This document shows, piece by piece, positions 40,085 to 54,268 of a DNA stretch of 64,000 bases. The notes beneath the pieces were generated by a model that saw nothing but the letters and a program-made list of their open reading frames with translations, was not told where the DNA came from and made no database searches. This DNA comes from Octopus vulgaris (lineage: Eukaryota): positions 79,856,001 through 79,920,000 of the forward strand of contig OX597817.1 in assembly GCA_951406725.2 (NCBI GenBank), written 5' to 3'. Positions within the stretch are counted from its first letter, which is position 1; each line of letters opens with the position of its first letter. Both the position numbers and the translations under genes were made by a program.

Positions 40085-40717
40085 GCCTCACCAAGGCAAT
40101 GACTAGTGACAGAGACCTTTAGAAATATGCTGTATTTGAGAAAACCCAGCAAGCCAAGTGAGACCATAACTCGTGACCTATGCCAGGGGTGTAACCAACC
40201 CACTTATGCATACCTTTCCTTCATTGGATACTAAACTCTGCTTGCGAAGACCTGTTGAGGTAAGCATCGCATGACTGGCATCCACGCTAGTGGAGCACTA
40301 AGAGCACCATCTGAGCATGATTGTTGACAGAGCAGCTGACTGGCTTCTGTACTGGTAGTACAATAAAAGCACCATTTGAGCGTGATCGATGTCTGCATCC
40401 CTTACTGGCACTTGTGCCGGTGGAATGTGAAAACTTTATTCGAGCTAGGTCGTTGCCAGTGCCACTGGACTGGCTCCTGTGCAGGTAGCACATATAAAAC
40501 ACCATTTGAGCGTGGCCATTGCCAGTACTGCCTGACTGGCCTTTCTGCCAGTGGCACGTAAAAGCACCCACTACACTCTCAGAGTGGTTGGCATTAGGAA
40601 GGGCATCCAGCTGTAGCAACTCTGCCATATCAAGATTGGAACCGGTGCAGTCATCTGGTCGGCCAGTCCTCAGTCAAATCCTCTAACTCATGACAGCATG
40701 GGAAGCGGACATTGAAC

Positions 40718-40759
<42 letters not shown>

Positions 40760-40768
40760 AATGATGAT
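40085..40768 (+). mobile_element. Family C SINE, long form
   Basis: Internal AAAGCACC units, GGAAGGGCATCCAGC body and long (GAT)n tail. Confidence 0.8.
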
Positions 40769-41069
40769 GGAGAAGCATTTGTTATTGTATGAACAACTTT
40801 TGCATTTCATTTGAAATTTAGGTAAGACCTAAATTTCGAATGCTTGAAAAATAAAACTCGTAAACCCAGAGTCTCATAAAGCAGATACTTGTAAAGTGAG
40901 GTATTACTGTCTATATATGTATATGTGTGTGTGTGTATGTATGTGTATGCATGTAAGTGCATGAGTATATATATAAATATATATGTATCCATCTATCTAC
41001 ATGTGTGTATGCTTGTATTTATATATCATATATATATATATATATCATACATAATGTATACATATAGTG

Positions 41070-41370
41070 AAGGCATGTAGCTTAGTGGTAAGGATATTCA
41101 GATCGTGATTGTAGGGTCGTGAGTTCAATTTCCAGCATCACATTTTGTACTTGAGCAAGACACTTTATGAGGGCAAAAATGAGTAGTACCTGTCTTTCAA
41201 AGGGCCAGCCATGTCACACTATGTGTGATGTTCAATCTCCCTGAGAAGTATGTGAAGGAGTACACATGTCTATGGAGTACTCAGCCACTTGTACATTAAT
41301 TTCATGACCAAGCTGTTCCATTGATCAGGTCAACTGGAACCCTCATCGCCGTAAGTGACGGAATGCCAGT
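41070..41370 (+). mobile_element. Family D SINE
   Basis: TAGCTTAGTGGT..GAGTTCAATT head and CTTGAGCAAGACACTTTA. Tail matches 25085-25312. Confidence 0.78.
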
Positions 41371-41533
41371 TACATATATATATAGATAGATATAGATATA
41401 TGCCTATATATATATTATATATATGTGTATATATATATAGATAGATATATAGATATAAACATACATATATGTATATATGCACATACATACATATATACAT
41501 ACATACATATATATATACATACACACACAAACA

Positions 41534-41575
<42 letters not shown>

Positions 41576-42585
41576 CATATATATATATATACATATATAT
41601 ACATATATATACGCATATGTGTATATAAATATATATGTATATAAGTATATATACAATATATATATATATATGAATATATATAGATATAAATACATATATA
41701 TATATACACACACGCATATATATATGTATATAAATATATAAATATATATATATACATGTATATAAATATATATATGGGTATATATATATACATACATATA
41801 TATGTGTGTACATATATATATATATATATATATACATATACATATGTATATAAATATATGTACATATACATATATATAAATATATATGTATGTGTGTATA
41901 TATATATATAGGTGTATACATATGTATGCATGCTCTTCCACTTTCTTTTGTCTAAGTGTCAAACACATTACTTAGCTTTTAACTTATCCAGGCATTAGTA
42001 CCACACGGAAATGGTTGCGTGAGAGATGAATTAAACGAAATTCTTGTTGTTAAACCCCACAACTGATTTCAGATATTATAACTGAAGGTCAGTAGGCCAC
42101 AAATCAAATTTTTCATCATATAGGTCGTGACCGATTCCTGAAAATATATATATTTCCTTAATTCATACACTAGGTAAACCCTGGAAAAACACTGCATTTA
42201 TATCAAGGTCATTGGGTCAAAAGTCTAGGCAAAATTCCAGTACTCAGAGCAACATTGCTTTGGATGTAATCCAAATTGCAGATTTACAGACAAAAATTTT
42301 TCTCTTTGGCACATTAAAATATTCCTCAATGAAGTCTTCTTCGTATATGTTTTTATAACAGTTGCAGGTTTCATTTTGAAATTAAGCAGACATTCATGTA
42401 TTGTACTGACAAAGATAGATCACGTGTCCAACATTTGCCCTTTGTAGCCCACATGTATGCTGAAAGTAGTTTTATTGATTTTTTTTTATTTAATTTTTAT
42501 TTTTTATAAAAGACAGACATAAGGTCTCCCCCTTTAGTAACGAGGAAGAGTTTGTATTTGACTGTCACAACCTTTGTTAGCACAC

Positions 42586-42930
42586 TTATTACCTCCACCT
42601 TCGCTAAGGCAGAGGTATTGTTTTCAGTTGTGTTTGTTTGTTTATCCACAGACAAGATATCTACAGAAGTACTGGATGGATTCGGATGAAACTTTCAGGG
42701 ATGTTTGGCCCCATGAGTGGCACAGACTGGTTAGATTTTGGGATCGATCCAGTACTTGACAAGCATTCTTGATTATTTTTCTGGGTTTTTTTACTTAATT
42801 TTTGAGAGCAGTAAGCTTCATTTTTAGTATTCTCGTTTGTGAGAGCTGTTGAGTTTATTTCAGATATTCTCATTTTAAAAATCATATCTGGTTAATCGTT
42901 GAGAAGACATTTGTGATGCCTTGGCAGCAC
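42586..42930 (+). mobile_element. Helentron-associated (DINE-1/HINE-like) element
   Basis: TTATTACCTCCACCTT..AAGGCAGAGGTA subterminal hairpin, (GTTT)n, TGGATGGATT..ATGAAACTTT. Confidence 0.65.
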
Positions 42931-43053
42931 AAACGTCTTCTCATATAAAGATCATATCTATCTTAGATGAAATAAGCTTGAAGAATCAGTATTATCCCTC
43001 CTATCTGTTATAGGAAGCACAAGCACTTTCACACACACATACACACACACACA

Positions 43054-43127
<74 letters not shown>

Positions 43128-43134
43128 TATATAT

Positions 43135-43176
<42 letters not shown>

Positions 43177-43178
<2 letters not shown>

Positions 43179-43530
43179 TCATCATCATCATCATCGTCGT
43201 TTAGCGTCCGTTTTCCATGCTAGCATGAGTTGGACGGTTCTACTGGGGTCTGTGAAGCCAGAAGGCTTCATCAGGCCCAGTCAAATCTGGCAGTGTTTCT
43301 ACGGCTGGATGCCCTTCCTAACGCCAACCACTCCGTGAGTGTAGTGGGTGCTTTTTACGTGCCACCTGCACAGGTGCCAGACAGAGCTGGCAAACGGCCA
43401 CGAACGGATGGTGCTTTTTATGTGCCACCAGCACAAGGGCCAGGCGAGGCTGGCAGCGGACACGAAACGGGGCGGTGCTGGCAACGGTCGCGAAACGGAA
43501 GGTTCTCTTACATGCCACCGGCACTGGATA
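43177..43530 (-). mobile_element. Family C SINE
   Basis: (CAT)n, CTGGATGCCCTTCCTAACGCCAACC and tandem units. Confidence 0.85.
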
Positions 43531-43714
43531 TATGAAGGGAACTTCTACCAAACAAATTCAATCACAAAAGCTTCAGTTGGCCCTAGGCTATACCCAAAAT
43601 GTGCCACATTCTAGAAGGTTTAAATATTTGTAGGCAGAATCATTAGCACATTAAGCAAAATGCTTAGTGTCTGTACATTCTGAGTTCAAATTCTGCCAAG
43701 GTCTACTATATATT

Positions 43715-44130
43715 CGTTTTTCCTTTTATTTGTTTCAGTCATTTGACTGTGGTCATGCTGGAGCACTGCCTTTAGTCAAGCAAATCGACCTCAGGACTCA
43801 TTTTTTGTAAGCCTAGTACTTATCCTATTAGTCTCTTTTCCTGAACCACTGAAATACGAGGACATAAACACACCAGCATCGGTTGTCAAGCAATGGTGCG
43901 GGGACAAACATAGACACACACACATATACACACATATATATGTGCTGGGCTTCTTTCAGTTTCCATCTATCAAATCCACTCACAATGCTTTGGTCAGCCT
44001 AAGGCTATAGTAGAAGACACTTGGTGCCACACAGTGGGACTGAACCTGGAACTATGTGGTTGGTAAGCAAACTATTTATCACACAGCCACTCCTGTGCCT
44101 ACACAGCCACTCCTGTACCTTCACAGCCAA
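43715..44130 (-). mobile_element. Full family B SINE with triplicated 5' end
   Basis: Tail, microsatellite and head present. CACAGCCA(CTCCTGT) occurs three times at 44080-44130. Confidence 0.85.
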
Positions 44131-44418
44131 ACTAGGCTTAATTATATATCATAAATGATAAACATTTTATATATCATAAATGATAAACATATGCATTGTT
44201 GCATTCAAATACATATACACATAGAGACATATATACATATATATAATTAAAAATCAGATTCCTTAAATAATAATTATTGTATTAAAAATCTCTAAAAAAT
44301 GAAGGTTAACAAACAGATGGAAGGAAAGTTTTGTATAAGGGTGTTCACAGATTTTCAGATACATGTTTTATTTGTAAGATTTTCTTTAATATTATTAGTA
44401 ATTTTAAATATAAGAAAA

Positions 44419-44654
44419 TCTGTTGTGTCTGGGGAGAGTCATTTTCTTTTTATGCCTTATAATGTAACACACTCACTGGTAAAATTTCCACTTATTTCTT
44501 ATTTTTATTTTTATAAAATTTTTGCTGCATCTTGCAACCTTTACAATAGTCTTATTTTATAAAAATAAAAATAAGAAATAAGTGGAAATTTTACCGGTGA
44601 GTGTGTTACATTATAAGGCACAAAAAGAAAATGACTCTCCCCAGACACAACAGA
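44419..44654. repeat. ~100-bp-arm inverted repeat with ~35-nt spacer
   Basis: TCTGTTGTGTCTGGGGAGAGTC.. / ..GACTCTCCCCAGACACAACAGA, near-perfect. Confidence 0.93.
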
Positions 44655-44797
44655 ATATGCTTCAACACACGAACTCATATGAAGAATCTTGCAAACCAAA
44701 TCCAAAAACGAAATATAAGAACATCTTTTTCCATATCGTGTAGCTCATTCAGGAAAATTTTTTCTGAAAGTCCTTTGAACTATATGTATGCATGTGT

Positions 44798-44858
<61 letters not shown>

Positions 44859-45454
44859 CGCGCGTGTGTGCGTGTGTGTGCATGCGTGTGTGTGTGCATA
44901 CATAAAAAAACATAGTAACAAATACCGGAAGGTTTGTTATTATTCTATGTATCATTTATACTAACTTCCGTAATGAATAATGGCCTAATATGATATAAAC
45001 AAGACTGTAAAAGCCTCACTATTTATGTCTCAATATGGATATGGGCCTTAAATTACCCGAGGACTTTTAACGAACTGCACAAAGCACCCCTTACATAATG
45101 TTGTTAACTGGTTTCTTGTCATGCTTAAATTTGATTTACTTAATAGTTTTATGAACCAATTGAGCATAAAATCAATGAAATTAGACTGAAAATTAAAGAG
45201 AAAATATTCATTTCAAGATCAAATAATGCAATCTAGCAGAAATTAATTAAAATAATCACATACATAATGTTTAATACTACTTTATTTGAAGACAAGGATT
45301 TTTTTTTAATATTTCTTTGAGCCACTGAAAATTTTGTCATACACCACTAGTTGAGACCAGCAACTATATGATCACTCAATTTGCTCATAAAAACAACTGA
45401 ATTTCCCTCAAATCTCACTTCATTATTATATATCACACACCAAAGCAGCAATTT

Positions 45455-46725
45455 GGTAAATTCATTAGCATGCTGGATGAAATGCTTCACAGTATTTCTT
45501 TCGACTTTACATTCTGAGTTCAAATTCTACTGAGGTTGACTTTGCCTGTTTTACTTTCAGGGTTAATGAGCAGTAGGGTGGATATAATCAATTAGCCCCT
45601 TTTCCCAAAATTTCAGGCCTTATGCCTATAGAAGAAAGAATTATTATATTTCACATCAAAGTGGCAAACTGACAGGTTATTAGCTTGTGGAACAAAATGC
45701 TAGGACACATCTTCCGGTTCTTTATGTCCTAAGATCAAATTCTACTAAGGTCAATTTTGCTTTTCATCCCTTACTCTCTTTACTCTTTTACTTGTTTCAG
45801 TCATTTGACTGCGGCCATGCTGGAGCACCACCTTTAGTCAAGCAAATCGACCCCAGGACTTATTCTTTGTTAGGCTAGTACTTATTCTATCAGTCTCTTT
45901 TGCCGAATCACTAATTCACAGGGACGTAAACACACCAACATCGGTTGTCAAGCAATGCTGGGGGGACAAACACAGACACACAAACCTATACACACACATA
46001 CACATATATACGATGGGCTTCTTTCAGTTTCCGTCTACCAAATCCACTCACAAAGCTTTGGTCAGCCCAAGGCTATAGTAGAAGATACTTGCCCAAGGTG
46101 CCTTGCAATGGGACTGAACCCAGAACCATGTGGCTGGTAAGTAAGCTACTTACCACACAGCCACTCCCGCATCTTAAATACTGATAAAAAAAAAGTGCCA
46201 AGGTAGCATAGGTGTCAGTGTAATTGATTAACTCCTCCACAAAATTGCTAGCCTTGTACCAAAATTTGAAATTATTATTATATCACATAAAATGGAGGTA
46301 AGCTGTCAAAATCTTAATCATATTGGACAAAGTATTTAGCAGCACTACTTCCAGCTCTTTACGATCTGATTTCAAATGTAGTCAAGGTTGACTTTGCCTT
46401 CCATCCTTTCAGGGCTGATAAAATAAGCACCATTTAAGCACTAAAGTTGATGTAATTGACTTGCCCCTTCTATCCTATAACTGCTTGCCTTGTGCTAAAA
46501 GTTGAAACTAGACAGCATGCTAGTAGAATCATTTGTGTGCTAAAAAAAAAAATGACTAGTATCATTTTTTTTCTGGTTATTTATGTTTAAATTCAAATTC
46601 CACTAAGATCAACTTTACCTTTCATCCTTTCAGTGTCTATAAAATAAAATAACAGTCAAGTACTGTGGTCAGTAGTATCAAGTAACCAACTCCCCCAAAA
46701 ATTACTAGCCTTGAAAAATATTTGA
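45455..46725 (+). mobile_element. Tandem cluster of four family E (Nin/Deu-like) SINEs, one split by a family B SINE (45775-46170, minus)
   Basis: Repeated TTCAAAT..GACTTTGCCTT.CATCCTTTCAGGG..ATAAAATAAG units. Confidence 0.75.
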
Positions 46726-46784
46726 TACTATTATTATTTCACAATTATAAGAAGGCCTCATTAGATTATTGTAATAATACACAT

Positions 46785-47080
46785 CATTATCATTGCGTAA
46801 TGTCTGCCTTCCATGCAGGCATGAAGAGGACGATCAACAGGAGCCAACCAGGTAGAAAACTACCCCAGGCTACTGTGTCTGTTTTGGTAGGATTTTTGAC
46901 TGGATGCCCTCTCTAACACCAACCACTCAACAACGTGGACTCAGTGCTTTTCACGTAGTAATAGCATAGGTGAGGTCAGTTTTGGTTGGATTTTTACAGC
47001 TGGATGCCCTTCCAAATGCCAACCACTTTACAGTGTGGACTGAATGCTTTTTATGTGGCACCGGTACCTGCAGGGTTACC
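46785..47080 (-). mobile_element. Family C SINE, diverged
   Basis: CTGGATGCCCT..CCAACCAC occurs twice. Confidence 0.7.
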
Positions 47081-48474
47081 AAGTAACATGCAAGAGAGAG
47101 AATTTTGAGAGGGGTGGGTTAATTGGAGGAGGCGATCTTGTGTCAGAAGACGAAAATTTAGAGTGTGACAGAGAGAGGGAGACACGGAGAGGTGGAGGCA
47201 CAAAGAGAGACGGAGACACAGAGAGACGGAGACACAGAGAGGCAGAAACAGATGTCTTACTATAAAGGAGGGGACATGGGAAGAGGTGGTCTGGTGTCAC
47301 TTTCAGGAAAAAAAATTACTGATTTGTCCCCAGTTGAAATTTCTTTTGCCATAGACCTATTCTATCAAAATTGACCAGTGACTTCACCGAAATATAAAAT
47401 AAGAACAACAGAAACAACAACACCAACCACAGCAGCAAATTTGTTTTGACTCGTTTGCCTTTGTACTTACACAAAGGTAAAATTCATTACAGGAAGCAAA
47501 ATCAGATATACTTTAAGGATTTGGTTGTATTACAAAGGATAGCATGAAAGTGCTATTAATTGGTTTAATTCCAAATCAGAGATTCCATACCAAATTTAGT
47601 TTTCTACTTATGCTTTAAGAAATCTTGCTCATAGATAGCAGATTTGTCTTAATATAGATAAAATATCCATAATAAATATAGAGGATTAGCACTGTTCCAA
47701 AATGAAAGTCTTATCTATCCTATTAAAACTAAAGCTATCACCCATGCAAACCCACTCACCATACACACACACACACAACCAGATTAACCATGTAACAAGA
47801 AGTTAAGTAAGTCTGTCGTGGAGCCCTTTCTGATTATTACTTCTGTTGCCGTTGTTGATTCTCATCAATGTCTTTCTTTTCTTCTTCTTCTTTTTCTTTT
47901 TGTTCTTCTCCTCCTCCTCTTCCCCATTCTTCTTCCTTTCCTCTTCTCCTTTTCCTCTTACATCTTCTTCTCCTTCTCCTCCTTCTCATCTTTCTCTTCC
48001 CCTTCTTGTTTTCCTTCTCCATCTTCTGCAACTTTTTTCCACTTCCCCCTCTATCTTCTACAACTTTTTCCTCTTCCCCCTCCTCCTCCTCCTCCTACTT
48101 CTTCTCTCCCTCCTTCTACTTTCTTCCTCCATCCTCTCTTCATCCTCCTCCTACTCCTTCCTGTTCTTCTCATTTTCTCTTCTTTTCTACTCCTCATTTC
48201 TTTTTCTTTAGTTCATCTTGATGTTGTTTTTTTGTGGTTTTTATTGTCGTTTGCCATTGCTGTTATTCATCTAACTACTGATAGTTCACCCGCCATCCTC
48301 TACACACTATTAAAAAATAAAGTTACAAAACTAATGCAAAAATGTAATTAAAAATAACCCATCAAAGAATGTGGGCATAATGTGTGCTAGTATGAGTTTA
48401 CTGTGTGTTTGTATATGCATAGATACATACATATACACATTTAGAAACATACATGTGTGTATATATATATAAAC

Positions 48475-48559
<85 letters not shown>

Positions 48560-49274
48560 TATATATATATGTAGATAGATATATACATCATACATATGTG
48601 TGTGTGTGCATGTATGCATTTGTGTGTGTATATGTATGTATGTATGTATGTATGTGCGTATGAAAATTTCTGTGTGTTTGTGTGTTTTTATTTATTTTTC
48701 CAATGAAATATAACAGAAATAAAATTTAGGGAAATACTTTAAAATACTTCATATATATTTTTTTATCTTTGTTTTTGAGTGGTTCTTGTGTTTATGTTTT
48801 TTACTTTGAGTAAATTTATTAAAAATAAGATAAATAATAACAATATTGTTCATCAAAAATAACAATTTCCTAAAATAAGAATCTTATATTTCTTTAGATT
48901 TTCTTTTATGCAGTTACTTTTATACATTTCATTATTTGTTCCAAGTTTACTTTAATCCAAGATAGTAGAGCTGGACAGGATAGATGTGTAATACAGCATT
49001 TTAATTTCAATTCCCAATGTTTTGATTTCAAGTCATGCCAATGCCAACTTAATTGTTATTCCTTCTCTTTTCATTCCAAACTATCAAAAAATGAATTCTC
49101 AGGTTATATTGAATTTGGTTCTAAATTTGTATTAGTATCATATTGCACTGCCCTATATGTAGGGCCACCAAGGTAGACGTTCAGTGGCATGTCAGTTTTT
49201 TGGTTTTGCTTTTGTTTTATTATGAGAAATAGTTGCTAGCACCTGGTTCAACTCTTCTCCATTTCTGGAGAAAG

Positions 49275-49702
49275 GAAGTCTATGAGCATTTTCCTTTGAT
49301 CATTTGACCAGTCCCTTAACCCCCTCGGGGTTGTTCAGGTGCTTCAGCCATGCAGCATATCCAGGGAGTGAAAGCCTGGTGAAGCCCATCTTTCTCCAGG
49401 TTAAACTTATTTCTATAGCTGAGTGTACTGGAGTAACATGAAATAAAGTTTTTTGCTCAAGAACACACCAGATTGCCTGATCCAGGGATCATAATCACAA
49501 TCTTAAGGTCATGATTCCAACACCTTAACCACTAAGCAATGTGCTTCCACAAGTGGTACTCATTTCTACAGGTGAATGGACTGGAGCAACATAGAGTGAA
49601 GCGTTTTGCACAAGAATACAAAGCAACGCTTGGTCAAGGAATCGAAATTACAATCTTATAATCATGAGTCCAACACCCCAATCACTAAACCATGCACCTC
49701 CA
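49275..49702 (-). mobile_element. Two tandem family D SINEs
   Basis: Minus-strand heads at ~49548 and ~49702, with TTCTTG.GCAAAA..TTCA..TT.CTCCAGT bodies. Confidence 0.7.
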
Positions 49703-50184
49703 CTATTTTCCTTTAAGGAAATGTAATCAATTCCAAAGGAGTAACAAGAGAGAGGGAAAGAGAAAGTGGGATGGAGAGATGAACATATCTTAATACTTGA
49801 CTGGTGCTTTGAATATTAAACTTAGGAGGTCCAATCCTTGCTACAGTATAATGGTTAGTTGCCACAGTGACCCTGAGAGATATGCCAGTAGAGGGAAGTG
49901 CAAGCTCTTTGTAAGGCCTTTTGAGTTGAATTGGACATATAGTATGGACCACTGCTTACCAGAGGTAAAAGAAAAGGGTATGCATAGTGCCATTACCCCT
50001 CCATAGAAAAACAAAATTACAGAAGCAACAATGATAATTCAAACTCAACAAGACCCAAGAGAGGAAGGTATTTCCTCAAGGAAACAATGGGAGTGCCCCA
50101 CCCCATATTGAGAGAGAGGCCCAGCCCAAAGTCTAGAACAGTAGAAAAAAATGCTGTCATTGATCTGTGGTTTTTTTTGTTGTT

Positions 50185-50745
50185 GTTTGTTCCTTCTCAA
50201 GCCATGCCTGGCTCATAAGGGCTGGTTTCCTGGTTTCCTTGGCATATAGGTTCCCCACCTGGATGGGATGCCAGTCCATTACAGGTGAGCTGCAAAATGC
50301 AAGAGGAAAGTTGTGGTGAAAGAGTTAGCAGAAGTTCGCCATTACCTTCTGCCGGAGTCGAGTAGAGCTTAGGTGTTTTGCTCATAAACACATACATCAC
50401 CTGGTCTGAGATTCGAACCCACGATCCCTCGACCACGAGTCTGCTGCTCTAACCACTAGGCCATGTGCCTCCACATATTGGTCTGTTGTTGATAGGGAGT
50501 GATGTGCTTGAATACAAAATAATAATAATTATCCTTTCTACTATAGGCACAAAGCCTGAAAGTTTAGCAGAGTGGGTTTGTTGATTACATCAATCCCAGT
50601 ATTCTGCTGGTACTTATTTCGTTAACCCCAAAAGGATGAAAGACAAAGTCAGCCTCAGCAGAATTTGGACTCAGAACGTAAGGACAGATGAAATGCCACT
50701 AAGCATTTTGCCCAGCATGCTAACGACTCTTCCAGCTCATTGCTT
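50185..50745 (-). mobile_element. Family A SINE (50185-50475) and family E SINE (50520-50745)
   Basis: Intact A and B boxes, and family E head GAGCTGGAAGAGTCGTTAGC. Confidence 0.82.
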
Positions 50746-51124
50746 TAAAATATTGCTGGCTAATAATAATAATAAATAAAAGAAAAAAGGAGGAATGACA
50801 AAGTTAACCTTCGCAGGATTTGAACTAAAAGCTGAGACAATCTATATTGCAATTCATTCCAGTCAACACTTTTATGATTATATCAATTTTTCATATTAAT
50901 TCTGAGTCTTAACTGCTTAGAATTTGCAGAGAACCTAAAAAAGACAGTATCATTTATTTATAAAACAAAGATAATGAATAAAATATTCAGTAATATCACT
51001 AAATAAAAAGTGTGACAGATTAAATAAACTCATAGATGCTTTAATAATAAGTATACTAATAATTACGGAGATGTACTTGCATAGCAAGTGACCTGATCTG
51101 AGATCACGTGCTGGAACGAAAACA

Positions 51125-51400
51125 ATTGTGGTGTGGAAGTTGTTTATAAGCCATTTAAGAAACACACAAAATTCGTTATATTCGCTTCAACACTTAAATT
51201 TAATTTGTCAAAATATTTTCATTGCTTTGAGACCGCAACCTGTTCACTGACAAAATTGCAGCACGGAATTTTGTCAGTGAACCGGTCGTGGTCTCAAAGT
51301 GACGAAAATATTTTAACAAATTAAATTTAAATGTTGAAGTGAATCTAACGGATTTTTTGTGTTTCTTAAATGGCTTATAAACACCTCCCACACTACAAAT
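51125..51400. repeat. ~130-bp-arm imperfect fold-back, each arm with a hammerhead-shaped motif
   Basis: Arms 51125-51257 and 51267-51400. Consensus of the two arms: TTTGTC-AGTGAACAG-GTCGC..GCGAC-GAAA-ATATT-TT-GACAAA. Confidence 0.85.
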
Positions 51401-51434
51401 GTATACAAATAATTTTATCAACAAATGCTATTAT

Positions 51435-51830
51435 AGGTGCAGGCAAGATTGTGTGGAAAAAAGTTTGCTTCCTTACCACATGGTTCCGGATTCAATCCAA
51501 TGGTCTGGTACCTTGTTTGAATGTCTTCTATAGCCTTGGGCTGACCAAAGCTTTGTGACTGGATTTGGTAGTTGGAAACTGAAAGTAGCCTATCAAATAT
51601 GTGTGTGTGTGTGAGTCTAAGTGTGTGTGTATCTTTGTGTCTGTGTTTGTTACCAACCATTGTTTGATAACCAGTGTTGGTGTGTTTACATCAGCAAAAG
51701 AAAACGGTAGGATAAGCACCAGGCTTTAAAAAGGTAATTCCTGGGGTTGATTCTCTGTTGACTGAAATCTAAAATTCTTGAAGATGGTGTCCCAATATGA
51801 CCTCAGTCTAATGACTAAAACATAAATGAA
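51435..51830 (+). mobile_element. Family B SINE, diverged
   Basis: Head, (TG)n and tail. Confidence 0.78.
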
Positions 51831-52084
51831 TAAACAAATGAAAGAATAGATTTCTTGAAGTTATAGAATAAGTGTCCTTTGCCTTGAGAGATCAGTTGGG
51901 TGCCCCATCATCATTATCTGTCACTTTGCAACACCTACTGATCATTTCTCTTCTCTTCTACTCCTTCTACAATATGTGAGTATTCATACAAGATCCTCTT
52001 GCAGAACATGTTTTGAGCAGGCACCCAGTTCTCACATGGTTTAATCCCTCATTTCCTAGCATGAAGCTGACCTTAATCACTCCC

Positions 52085-52312
52085 AGGGTTCATAGTCCTG
52101 CAAGTTGCATGAAGGCCTCAGTAGTGCACAGAAAAAAAAATAGAAGGATGCAGTACACACTGTAGAGTGGTTGGCATTTGGTAGGGCATCCAGCCATAGA
52201 AAACATTCCAAAATGGACAATGGATTTGATACAAACCTTGGACACACTGGATCCTGCTATTAAACCATTCAACCCATGACTGTATGGAATATAGATGCTA
52301 GATGATGATGAT
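52085..52312 (+). mobile_element. Family C SINE remnant
   Basis: GAGTGGTTGGC..AGGGCATCCAGCC..AACCCATG..(GAT)n. Confidence 0.65.
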
Positions 52313-52844
52313 GGCCGCGATAACGATGGTAGTGGTGATGGTGGTGGTGGCGGCAGTGATGGTGGTGGCGGTGGTATAGATGATGATGCTGATGATGATG
52401 TTGATGATTATGATGTGACAGAGCAGTGCTCATACAACATAAGCAAACTCCTCAGGTGAAGTCAGTTGGGGTACTATACAGCAAGGCGGCATCCTAAACT
52501 CGACGATATACTCCTTATCAGTAAAGCTTCAATATAGTTTTTCATAACGAAATCCAATCACAAGGATTGGGTTCAGCTCAGTTATGGAGACAACAATGGT
52601 CCCAACATGCATTAGATTAAGATTTCATGCTTTCAAATGGAGTTTCTTAGCCAAATAGTCGAACCTAGGCTCCAGTACATAAGCATGTGTTAATGCATCT
52701 GTGTGTACATGTGTAAATATTTTATATATATGTAAATATACATATATATCTATGTGTGTGTGTATACATGTGTGTGTATGCATGTATATGTATTATATAT
52801 AATATATATATCATCATCATGGCTCGGCTTCGCGAACGAAGATC

Positions 52845-52935
52845 AGGTATTTTCTACTATAGCCTCAGGTCGACCAAAGTCTTGTGAGTTTGATTTGGAA
52901 GATAAAAACTGAAAGAAGCACATTGTATATATGTA

Positions 52936-52981
<46 letters not shown>

Positions 52982-53190
52982 TATGTGTGTGTGTGTGTCT
53001 GTATATGTCCCCTCACCATCACTTGACAACGGGTTTTGGTGTGCTTATATCCCTGTAACTTAGCATTTTGGCAAAAGAGGCTGATAGAATACGTACTAAG
53101 ATTACAAAGAATAAGTCCTGGGGTCAATTTTGTCGAATAAAGACGATGCTCCAGCATGGCCACAGTCAAATGACTGAAGCAAGTAAAAGA
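52845..53190 (+). mobile_element. Family B SINE, 5'-truncated
   Basis: TTCTACTATAGCCTC..AACTGAAAGAAGC, microsatellite and tail. Confidence 0.8.
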
Positions 53191-53884
53191 ATATATATGC
53201 ATATATATTTCATAAAATATACTAATATATGAGGCATTAATATATTTCCGTACACATTTGTATGTATTTATGAATATGAATAAACACATACATATATTCA
53301 CATGCACACACACACACAATCACACGTATGCATGCACACACATACATATGTATATCTATGTATATATGAATACTTATGCATGTAGATATATGTGTATATA
53401 TGTATGCACATGTCCTTCAGTGTTTGTGTGTGTGTGTGTATTCCTATGTATGTATGAGTATAGTTATAGATAAAGATACCGTTATGCTTCACTATTGCTC
53501 TATACAATTGTTTCGCGACTTGCTGTAGCCATAAATGCATAAATCTCTACTTAACGTAATTAATGAGTACTCTTTCCATTATATCTGTCTAAATATAAAT
53601 CCATTTACACAAACATACATGCACTCATATTCACAGACAACACTGCCTTGCATGTCTACACACACATATATACATGCACACACATGCATATATATATATA
53701 TATGTGTATTATATTTCATTATATTACATCATATTATATATATACATATGCATTATGCATGTGCACACACATCTGTACTTACATATATATACAGATGTAA
53801 ACAGATATATATTATACAAATATACAAGATACAAAGCCTGTTTTATGTTTTAATTTCAGAGGAAAGTAAGCAAAGAAATAAATA

Positions 53885-53975
<91 letters not shown>

Positions 53976-54067
53976 TTAAAATAAAATGTTTATTTTAATA
54001 AATTAATATTTTTGATTTGATATTTCAGTCATGTATATATTCATCTTAATGTATGGATGTATATATG

Positions 54068-54135
<68 letters not shown>

Positions 54136-54215
54136 GTATATGTATGTACGTATGTATGTATATATGTATTTATATATATATAAATATAATTTTTTATATA
54201 TATATATATACATAT

Positions 54216-54268
<53 letters not shown>

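Noticed and set aside
47818-48351. Hydrophobic or charged ORFs
   Set aside because: Low-complexity (CTT/CCT)n tract.
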